Positions 9,929-18,600 of a stretch of DNA of 64,000 bases are shown here, in pieces. The DNA lies in NCBI GenBank assembly GCA_944362705.1, contig CALVTO010000002.1, forward strand, positions 140,818-204,817. Direction: 5' to 3'. The number at the start of each line of letters is the position of its first letter. The stretch's first letter is position 1. The notes below the pieces were generated by a model, which was not told the DNA's origin, ran no database searches, and was given only the letters and a program-made list of their open reading frames with translations. A program made the position numbers and the translations under genes. This DNA is from an uncultured Clostridia bacterium. GTDB taxonomy: Bacteria; Bacillota; Clostridia; Christensenellales; UBA1242.

Positions 9929-9957
9929 ACTATACAAGTAAACCGATATTTTGTCAA
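9929..9957 (-). promoter_or_regulatory. Sigma-A type promoter of the kinase/HipS-like bicistron
   Basis: On the minus strand: TTGACA (9952-9957), 17 nt spacer, TATAGT (9929-9934). Confidence 0.6.
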
Positions 9958-9960
9958 TAC

Positions 9961-9987
9961 AAAAAAATGCACCATTTGGTGCATTTT
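9961..9987 (-). terminator. Intrinsic terminator of the 84-aa ORF, insulating it from the kinase operon
   Basis: The minus strand reads AAAATGCACC-aaat-GGTGCATTTT followed by TTT. It overlaps the stop codon of the 84-aa ORF. Confidence 0.65.
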
Positions 9988-10240
9988 ATCTTCCCATACC
10001 CATTTCTTGTTGCTCTTGCTGTTCTTTATACCTTTTTGTGCGTTTATCAACAGTATGCGCATCTTCATATGCAATAGCGGCATCTCGCTGTGCAATTATG
10101 CGATTTAAACGACGGCGATACGCCTCTTCACTACTGCGCATATCTTCCACCTCGGTACGACGCTTTACATATACTCCGGCATCGATCCAAGATTTTCTCG
10201 AATTTACTTTTTCATCTAAACGATTTGAATTTATGCTCAT
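9986..10240 (-). CDS. Small basic helical protein, function unknown
   Basis: 84 aa with a GGAG RBS (AACAGGAGTGAATTATG). It is flanked by its own promoter and terminator. No recognisable HTH. Confidence 0.5.
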   Translation of the reverse strand: MSINSNRLDEKVNSRKSWIDAGVYVKRRTEVEDMRSSEEAYRRRLNRIIAQRDAAIAYEDAHTVDKRTKRYKEQQEQQEMGMGR

Positions 10241-10261
10241 AATTCACTCCTGTTAGTTTTG

Positions 10262-10289
10262 ATTATAGCATACAAGCATATTCTTGTAA
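10262..10289 (-). promoter_or_regulatory. Promoter of the 84-aa ORF
   Basis: On the minus strand: TTACAA (10284-10289), 16 nt spacer, TATAAT (10262-10267). Confidence 0.5.
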
Positions 10290-10314
10290 ATATTCTTTTT
10301 GAAACTTTTTACTA

Positions 10315-10863
10315 TTATTTTTTTTGCCCATTGTGCACCGTTTGGTATTGAGACAATTTCCTTAATACTTCACTGCAAGCACGCATAGCGCTCATGTTAC
10401 TTACATTTACTGTTATTTCTGCAAATCTTTTGCAATTTTGCATGCGTCGTTCAATTTTTTTTCTTGCTATGGCGTATAATCTTTTTTCTTCTGCGGTTGC
10501 ATAAGTTTGCTGATGTGTTTTTGCGTATACGGTTTCTAAAGGCAAATGCAAATACACAAATATTGTTTGGTACTTCATTGCTTTGCAATTACGTACCTTT
10601 TCGACGCTACCCGATTCAAAACACATGACTGTGTTTGTAAAACTAGAAGCATATTTTATAATTTCTTTTTCTTTTTTTCTGTAATATTTTTCACCATAGT
10701 TTTTTAAAAGTTCTTGTAAAGAACGTGGTTGATGATCGAATAAAAATAGGTCTTCTGCATTAAAGTAAAACATTTGCAAACGCTTTGCTAATTCTTCCGC
10801 CACTGACTTACCCATAGGGTTATACAAACAAACAATACTTAAACTATCCACGGAAAGCATCAC
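10315..10863 (-). CDS. Shikimate-kinase-like P-loop protein with degenerate active-site motifs
   Basis: It aligns by eye along the whole AroK fold (IVCLYNPMGKSVAEELAKRL..., VYLHLPLETVYAKT). However, the Walker A is YNPMGKS instead of GxxGxGKS, and the GGG shikimate loop is replaced by ESGS. Confidence 0.55.
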   Translation of the reverse strand: MMLSVDSLSIVCLYNPMGKSVAEELAKRLQMFYFNAEDLFLFDHQPRSLQELLKNYGEKYYRKKEKEIIKYASSFTNTVMCFESGSVEKVRNCKAMKYQTIFVYLHLPLETVYAKTHQQTYATAEEKRLYAIARKKIERRMQNCKRFAEITVNVSNMSAMRACSEVLRKLSQYQTVHNGQKK

Positions 10864-12154
10864 CTGCCTTTTTTGCAGATTTTTTTACCTTAGAATACGT
10901 AACTTTTCCCTTCACACTTATAATAGCAATGGTAAGTATAACACCTATGCCTAAACATATTTGCCACCAACGAATACGTTCGCCTATGCTTATAGCTTGA
11001 CCCGAAGCATAAATGGTTGCGTTAGACTCTTGTTGCGCAGCCCCAATAGCAATGTTCCCTTGCTTATCGGTACGCAACAACCCACCATTTTCTTCTGTAA
11101 CATTGCATATTTCTTGCGCTCTTTGTAAAAACGAACTGTTTGGGTGCTTATATTTATTATTTAACCCGCAAGAAACCACAATAAATTTAGGTTGAATAAA
11201 CTTTAAAAAGTCTTCTGTGGAACTTGTACCACTACCGTGATGGCCGGCTTTATATATAAGAACATTTTGTAAACTTTGTTTTTGCTCTGCTGTATAAACG
11301 CCTCCATTTACTCTTTCTAAAAAATCTTTTTCAACCGCTGTTCCCGCATCGCCCGTGAATAAATAGCTTTCTTCTGCATACACAATGTTAATGATTGGCG
11401 AGTAATCGTTTGGGTTGGAATAATATTTTGTAGGGTAGCCTATATCACCCATAGGTTGCACGTTCGTTGCATACACTTCAGGTGCGTACCACGTAACCGT
11501 ATAACTACTGCCTATAATTTCTAATCCATCGTAGTTGACAAAGACGTTAGACTCTGTTTTGCCTGTGCTTGTTGTGTATGTTTCTTCGTATATAGCAGTA
11601 ATGGTTTCGTTATAAATAATGGTATCAATTTTGGAATATGAAAAATCGGTATACGTTTCTGTATAAAAATCGATGTACCCCGCAGTAGCTAGTGCCTCAT
11701 CTTCCGCAAATGCTCCGCTTTTTTCACAAGCTAATTGAAATGGCCTATATATATTTTGCACTTCAAACGCCTCTAGTACCGCCTGTGCACCACCCACGTG
11801 GTCGCTATCGGAGTGCGTTAGTACAAAGTAATCGAGTTTTGTTACATTTTCTTTTTGCAAATACGTAACAACATCATCGCCGTATTCTTCTTCACCTGCA
11901 TCTATGAGCATAGTTTTTCCATCTGGAAACTTAATAAGCGTGCTATCTCCTTGCCCAACATCTATATAATGCACTTGAAACTCTTTTCCGCTTACCGACT
12001 CGTACGAGCCAATTTGAGCAGGAACCTTACCAATGCCCAATGCATTTTCAATTTGTGTTGACCAAATACATGATAAGGCAAGTATTGCAATAATGCTTAC
12101 AATACAAATAAATTTTATTTTAAAATTGGATTGTTTTGACGAAACTCTTGCCAT
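10844..12154 (-). CDS. Membrane-anchored MBL-fold hydrolase, ComEC/Rec2 C-terminal-domain-like
   Basis: Contains HYIDVGQGDSTLIKFPDGKTMLIDAG and LTHSDSDHVGG motifs. N-terminal and C-terminal TM helices flank the domain. It overlaps both neighbouring genes. Confidence 0.75.
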   Translation of the reverse strand: MARVSSKQSNFKIKFICIVSIIAILALSCIWSTQIENALGIGKVPAQIGSYESVSGKEFQVHYIDVGQGDSTLIKFPDGKTMLIDAGEEEYGDDVVTYLQKENVTKLDYFVLTHSDSDHVGGAQAVLEAFEVQNIYRPFQLACEKSGAFAEDEALATAGYIDFYTETYTDFSYSKIDTIIYNETITAIYEETYTTSTGKTESNVFVNYDGLEIIGSSYTVTWYAPEVYATNVQPMGDIGYPTKYYSNPNDYSPIINIVYAEESYLFTGDAGTAVEKDFLERVNGGVYTAEQKQSLQNVLIYKAGHHGSGTSSTEDFLKFIQPKFIVVSCGLNNKYKHPNSSFLQRAQEICNVTEENGGLLRTDKQGNIAIGAAQQESNATIYASGQAISIGERIRWWQICLGIGVILTIAIISVKGKVTYSKVKKSAKKAGDAFRG

Positions 12155-12993
12155 TTTTTCTTCTCCTTACGAGATAACTTTTTGGAAAGCAAATAGAATA
12201 TTTGTTCTTTATGTGCCAAAGCTTCTTTATACCCAATATCTATCATTTCTTCTAACCCATCTAATTTAGAGGACGAAAATTCTGTTAAATTAGGTTGTAA
12301 TACAACATCGGCTAATGGCATACGCGATTCTACATTTGCATGCATCATAACGCCAATGGTAGATTTTAATAGTTTAAACATTTTGGTAGATTCCGTTCCT
12401 TTGCCCCGCGTACTGTTTACGTCAACAGCAATCACTCTATCTGCGCCCATTTTTCGAGCAACGTCACATGGCACATTGTTTTTTAACCCACCATCAACTA
12501 AAATCATGTCGTTGTATACAACAGGCTTAAACACACCCGGAACACTACTTGAAGCCGCTGCCGCCTTAGCTACGCTTCCTGCATAAATATCTACCTCTTG
12601 CCCGTTTTTCATGTTGGTACAAACAATTCCTAATGGTATTTTAAGTTCACTAAAAACTTTATCACCGCCTAAAAGTTGTTGCATATATTCTTCCACTTTT
12701 TGCGACGAAGATGGCATAAAGAAAAATTTACTAGATTTTACATCTTTTACTTTAATGTTTTTTGCAATTTCAATAAGTTCATCTACCGTTTTACCAGCGC
12801 AAAACAAAGCACCAACCAAACTGCCAACGCTGGTTCCTGCAACGATATCTACTTCCACACCCCACTCGCTTAGCGCTTTTAACACGCCCAAATGACCAAA
12901 ACCGCGCGCGCCACCACCGCCTAGCACAAGCCCTAGACGAATGGACGGATGTTTTACAGGTTTGTTTTTTCTTTTCCAAAATAAAAATGCCAT
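12115..12993 (-). CDS. Patatin-like phospholipase (RssA/YlbK-like)
   Basis: Has the GGGGARG oxyanion loop, the GTSVGS nucleophile elbow and DGG with the catalytic Asp. Confidence 0.9.
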   Translation of the reverse strand: MAFLFWKRKNKPVKHPSIRLGLVLGGGGARGFGHLGVLKALSEWGVEVDIVAGTSVGSLVGALFCAGKTVDELIEIAKNIKVKDVKSSKFFFMPSSSQKVEEYMQQLLGGDKVFSELKIPLGIVCTNMKNGQEVDIYAGSVAKAAAASSSVPGVFKPVVYNDMILVDGGLKNNVPCDVARKMGADRVIAVDVNSTRGKGTESTKMFKLLKSTIGVMMHANVESRMPLADVVLQPNLTEFSSSKLDGLEEMIDIGYKEALAHKEQIFYLLSKKLSRKEKKKWQEFRQNNPILK

Positions 12994-13054
12994 ATAGTTT
13001 CCTTTCTTTTAGTATACAATGTTCGCAAAAATCGTGCAAGCAATACAACTTGCC

Positions 13055-13083
13055 AATAAAAAAAAGAGCCTAATGGCTCTTTT
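13055..13083 (-). terminator. Intrinsic terminator after the 816-aa ORF
   Basis: The minus strand reads AAGAGCC-atta-GGCTCTT followed by a long T-run, directly after the stop codon. Confidence 0.75.
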
Positions 13084-15534
13084 TTAAACTTTTTCTACCA
13101 CAACCAAAACATCCATTAGGTTGGTATCGCCAGCCACTGAGGTTGTTGTTATGGTTAACACACCGTTTTGTGAAGTTATTGGTTCTTCCCCTTGCATATA
13201 CGTTAACGTATACGCATCTTTATACGCTTCATCTAACGTAATAACAATGGTTATTTCGTTGCCGTATTGAGAAACAGCAACCAAACTTTCGCCCATTGGA
13301 TATAGCGTTTCGTTTTCATTAACATTTACTATGTAAGTAACACTATCGCCTTCCGGCATTTGCAAACTTAAACGCACCGCTATTTGTTTCATTTGCGTTG
13401 TTAAAGTAATGCCTTGCAACTGTTCTAACGTACCATTGGTTTGTAACGTTACAACTTCCATGCCATTATCTATTTTACGTGAAAGCGTATAATTTTCTGG
13501 CGCAGAAGACGTTAATGTGTACACATGCATCTGCCCAGCCACATTTGTTTGCTTCATATCAAAAGACGTTACTTGCTTGCTATAAATTTGCAACACACCT
13601 TCTTGCACGGCAAACCATTCTGGATTGGTTTGTTCTATAGCAACATTACCTGTTAATGCGATTGTATATGGCAATACTTCAAACACAAAATCACTTATGC
13701 CAAGTTGTTCTATAGAGTAATCAGTAGCTACGCAAGAAATAAATTCAATTTGCTTTTGTGTGCTATTGCTTAAACATTCAAACGAATACACATTATTTCC
13801 ATACAAGTTGCCATCGATGGTTACTTTTTCGTTATTTACAAGACCTTGAATAACCAATTCGTTATCATAAATATTGGTTCCACTGTAAATCAATTTTAAA
13901 GAAGCTGGTTGAATCAGCATGGTTTCGTTTTCGTATGTAATACCCGTTTTAGGAATGTAATACTTGTGTTCTGTTAAGAAAATACCATCTTCACGTTCAT
14001 CAAACACCAAAGCAAACGAAGCTTGTTGTTGTGTAGTTGGAAACGCGTGTAGGTTGTTTGCATACGTTATTTTAAAGTCGTTTGTTAAAATTTCTCCGCC
14101 AATATTTGCCTGCACATTTTCGTACGCTAAGCCGTTATATGCAACTTCTGTTTCAGTAAAACCAAACACGGCGTTATTTTTAATTGTACCCTTAGTTATT
14201 GTAAACGTATCTTTTAATATTTCTGTAGATGTATTTGTTTTTGTAATACTTGCAACATTAGAAATATTTACATGCACATCAAAAACTTCACCCGAAGCAT
14301 TTTTTGTGATTTGCCAAATAAATTCGTTTTCTACTGGGCTAACCGGCGTAAATTGCAACATATCACCTACAAATTGATATGTATATTCAGATGGTAAATA
14401 AGCATAGCCACATCCAGCGTTGGTAACATAATCTGTATCCGTTAATTCGGTTACACTATAAAAATTCTGCACCGAATAATTATTTATCCCTGTGTTCATC
14501 ATACCAATAACGTACGAGTATTTATAATTGTCTCTCGCATTATTTCTATGTGTATAATAAATTCCATCACCGGAACCGCCACCAACAGAACATTTATAAA
14601 CTACGCCATTAATATTTACGCCATGCGCGCTTTCATAGCAATCGGCTACCGCCACACCAAATATTTCCTCACAACGCTGAGAACTGTCATTGTAGAATGT
14701 AACCGTAGAATTTCTTTCCGCATATACGTTTTCTATATATGGTGTATTGCCATTAGATGAATATGATTCTCCAGCAATCATTCCATAACGAAAAGCTGAA
14801 CCGAATTGTTCTTCGGCATCTAACGCAATAGTGTTGTTTTGCACAACAGAACAATTTGAAATAACAGCAGAGCCTTCCATGCGCCCAGCAAAACCACCAA
14901 AGCGGTTACTTGTTCTATCCGTTGGCACAGTCCAAGCAGCAACTGTGTTAAATCCAATATGTTGATCTATAGTTAACGCACAATTTTGTATTGTACCATT
15001 TATAAGTTTTGCACAAACAACGCCTGAATAAAGTTCTTGATTGTTTTTAGATGTACTGCTATTGATTAACATATCGTATGTGCCATTTACAACAAAATTT
15101 ATGTTTCTTACTGTACCATAAATTATATCTGCAAAAAAGGCAATTTCATTTGTTGACACATCAGCAGTAGTGACCTGCGAAGCATACCCCGGCAAATAAA
15201 TTGTATGCCCATCTCCATCTAGTATAGAACCTTGCAAAATTTCTGCATTATGGTTTGCAATAACAACTCCGCCATAACCGGCAACGCTTGAATCGCCACG
15301 CCACTCAAGCGTTATATCTTGTGTAAGTTTTGCCGAAGGATTATTTGATTGCACGCTATTTACATTGGTTAACCAATCTTGTAATTGCGTTTGATTAGAA
15401 ATTTCATAAATGGCACGTGGCGTCACTTCTGCAAAAGACCTTGCAATAAGAAACGGCAAAGCAACGGCTAAAGCAACAACAAACACAAATGCCGAGCTAA
15501 TAGCAATGATTTTTGCATATCGTGTTTTTTTCAT
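13084..15534 (-). CDS. Large secreted surface protein (possible GLUG-type motifs)
   Basis: 816 aa with a signal peptide (AISSAFVFVVALAVALPFLIARSFA). It has repeated G-rich motifs (FGGFAGRMEG, GMIAGESY, SGVVCAKLINGTIQNC). No enzymatic motif was recognised. Confidence 0.6.
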   Translation of the reverse strand: MKKTRYAKIIAISSAFVFVVALAVALPFLIARSFAEVTPRAIYEISNQTQLQDWLTNVNSVQSNNPSAKLTQDITLEWRGDSSVAGYGGVVIANHNAEILQGSILDGDGHTIYLPGYASQVTTADVSTNEIAFFADIIYGTVRNINFVVNGTYDMLINSSTSKNNQELYSGVVCAKLINGTIQNCALTIDQHIGFNTVAAWTVPTDRTSNRFGGFAGRMEGSAVISNCSVVQNNTIALDAEEQFGSAFRYGMIAGESYSSNGNTPYIENVYAERNSTVTFYNDSSQRCEEIFGVAVADCYESAHGVNINGVVYKCSVGGGSGDGIYYTHRNNARDNYKYSYVIGMMNTGINNYSVQNFYSVTELTDTDYVTNAGCGYAYLPSEYTYQFVGDMLQFTPVSPVENEFIWQITKNASGEVFDVHVNISNVASITKTNTSTEILKDTFTITKGTIKNNAVFGFTETEVAYNGLAYENVQANIGGEILTNDFKITYANNLHAFPTTQQQASFALVFDEREDGIFLTEHKYYIPKTGITYENETMLIQPASLKLIYSGTNIYDNELVIQGLVNNEKVTIDGNLYGNNVYSFECLSNSTQKQIEFISCVATDYSIEQLGISDFVFEVLPYTIALTGNVAIEQTNPEWFAVQEGVLQIYSKQVTSFDMKQTNVAGQMHVYTLTSSAPENYTLSRKIDNGMEVVTLQTNGTLEQLQGITLTTQMKQIAVRLSLQMPEGDSVTYIVNVNENETLYPMGESLVAVSQYGNEITIVITLDEAYKDAYTLTYMQGEEPITSQNGVLTITTTSVAGDTNLMDVLVVVEKV

Positions 15535-15601
15535 TTATAAAACCTCCTTTTATAAAGTTTGTAAAGTGTGCTTTTCATAAACATTTTGTTCCTTATTTTT
15601 C

Positions 15602-18600
15602 TTAAACAATGGGCGCAGGACTATCGTCTTGCGCATTCCATTGACCAGACCAATATATAGTTACATTTGTTAAACTATTTTCAGACCATGTTTCAGGTTT
15701 TTGTGTAGCGTAACTAAAAATATGGCACGAAACCGGTAAAGACGTATCGTATATATACATTACATTTTCGTGTAAAATAATGTTTTGCAACGCAATAACA
15801 GCTAATGATTGAACCCCGCCGTTATCTGCGTCGAACGCGTTTTCTGCAATAGCAATCGTTAAGCTTGGTAATACAAAGGTTGCTAGGTCTTTACCCATAG
15901 CGTATTTAATAAGCACAGACATATCTTTGCTATATAAATTTCCTTCATAAGCGGTATAGTTTGTATTATCGGTTGCTACAGTAAAGGTGTGCATACCTGT
16001 TAAACCATCAAAAGCATGCAACTCTATAGCAACGACTTGCGCTGGTATGTGCAATGCGGTTAAGCCTGTACACCCCGCAAAAGCATAATTGCCAATAACA
16101 AGTAACGCGTCGCCTAAAACAATTTCATTTAATTGTACACAATTTGCAAAGGCTTCGTGTGAAAGTGTTGCTACTTTTTCCATTCCTGTAACTGTTGTTA
16201 AATTTACACAATTTTTAAATGCTTGTGATCCAATTTCAACCACAGTATTAGGTAGCGTTACAGAAGTAATACTGCTACCCATAAACGCTTGTTGTTTCAC
16301 TTTGGTAACTTCTAGGCCATTATAATGTGCTGGAACTAAAATATCTGTTTCTTGCGCAGAACCGATAGATACAACATACGCATCATCAACTCGTTCAAAC
16401 AACAAGCCTTCTGAGAATTGTTCTTCGGTATATTGTGGAGTAAATTCAATATCTTCTACAATATATTCTGGAATTTCTTTATCCCAACCACTAAACATAT
16501 AGCTTGTTGACGTTGTACTGTTTTTTATTGGGTTGGATTCTGGTGCAACAATCGCTGTTTTATATGGTATGGTATCTTGCTTGAATACACCGCCACTAGC
16601 ATCTTTAAAGGTATAGGTAAACATTTGAATTCCCCAATTAGCCGTAAAGTGCTTTTCTCCGTAACTACCCTTTTCAATGGTCACGGTATTGGTGGTTCCT
16701 TCAATACCTGTACCTGACCAGCCGATAAATGTGTATCCAGTGCGTGTAGGTGTTGGTAAAACAAACGTTTCTGTTAACATTGTATAGGTATCTCTTGTAG
16801 AACCATAATCTATAACGTCGTCATCACCCGTAGAATCCGGGGTGCTTGTGTAATATATGTTATAGGTAATTGGTTCCCAAACGGCGGTTAATGTGACATC
16901 GCCCGTTGTGCCTTTCGCAATCGTAACTTCGGTTTGCGTGCCATCCACACCATCACCCGTCCAACCTACAAATGTATACCCTTCTCGGGTTGGTGTTACA
17001 ATAACTATTTCGTCTACTACCGTAAATGTAGTTTGGTTATTATTTATATAAGTGCCTTCACTGATTTCTTTTTCAGTTACTTCATAGTTATTTTCAAAAA
17101 TGATATGATACGTTATAACTTCCCAATACGCTACAAATGTTACATTACCAACAGAACCCTTTGGAATGACAACATTTTTTTGAGGCTCACTAGAAGCATC
17201 TCCTTCTTTTACCCAACCTAAAAAGGTATATCCTTTTCTTGTTAAGTTTGAAAGAGTGATATCATTTGATGTAATGGTATACGATTGTGGATTTGTATTG
17301 GTTATGCTTTCACTTTCTGTTACTTCTGGGTTGTGTTTATATGTAATGGTGTATGCAATTTCTTGCCATACAGCTGTAAATACTTTATCCCCCGTGTTAC
17401 CTTTTTCTATTTCTACAACCATTGTAGGTTCTTCAACGTCATCATATAGCCAGCCTAAGAAAGTATAACCCTTTCTTACAGGAGCAGTTAACGTAAAGGT
17501 TTCTGTTGCTACATTATAACTTGTAGGGTTAGAGTTGGTAATCTCCTCTGCATCTGAAATACTTGGCGTATGTTCATAGCGAATCGTATACTCTTCTATT
17601 TCCCATACGGCAGTAAACGTTTTTTCTCCCGTGCTACCCCTTTCAATTTGAACTTCTTTTGTTGGAACATCTACACCAGAATAGGTCCAACCTATAAATA
17701 TGTAGCCATTTCTTGTAGGTTCTTGTAAGGCAAATGTTTCTGTAGTAAATGTGTAATTTGTAGCATTGTTATTTACAACATCGCCACTACTCTCAGGACT
17801 ATTTTCAAATATAATAGCGTAAGTTGTTAGTTCCCAATGTGCAGTAAATGTTTTATTACCATAACTTCCTTGTTCTACAGTTACGTCTTTTTGTACGCCA
17901 GAAATGCCTGTTCCTGACCAACCAACAAACGTATAGCCTTTACGCGTTGGCTGGCTTAAAGCAAATGTTTCTGTATTTATGTTATAAGAAACATATTGCG
18001 ATGCATTGTTGTTTACAATTTCATCAAACCCTACTTCTTCCACAGGGTCGTGCTTATATATAATGTTATAGGTTACAACTTCCCATTTAGCTATAAATGT
18101 TTTGTTGCCCATACTACCTTTTTCAATGGTTATATTTTTTTGTGGTTCGGTTTGATTTTCTTTATCTACCCAACCTAAGAAAATATACCCTGTTCTTTCT
18201 GGATCGATAAGCGTAATTGTATCGGTTACTATGGTATACGTTGTAGGGTTTGTATTGGTTACATGATCGTAGGTTTGTTCTATTGGATCGTTTTCATAGG
18301 TAATGGTATATTCGGTAAGTTTCCAATTTGCTGTAAATTGTAAGTTTCCAGTAGTACCTTTTTGAATAGTAACTTCTTGTTGCGTACCTACAATGCCTGT
18401 TCCTGACCAGCCAACAAATGTATAGCCTTCACGCGTTGGCGCTTTTAAAACAAAAGACTCTGTTTCAACATCGTAAGTTAAAACATTTTCATTGTTAATC
18501 ATTTCGCCTTCGCCGGCTTCTGGGCTGTTAAGATATGTAATGGTATATGTATCTTTTTCCCAAACCGCTTGTATCGTTTTATTTCCAATAGAACCTTTAG

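Noticed and set aside
9826-10256. Several overlapping 76-101-aa ORFs on both strands around the 84-aa gene
   Set aside because: Only the 9986-10240 minus-strand frame has an RBS, a promoter and a terminator in register. The others cross these signals or the kinase start.
10315-12993. CBASS-like defence operon, because patatin-like lipases are CBASS effectors
   Set aside because: No CD-NTase/nucleotidyltransferase, SAVED, or E1/E2/JAB-like genes are nearby. The patatin protein looks like the common RssA/YlbK housekeeping type.
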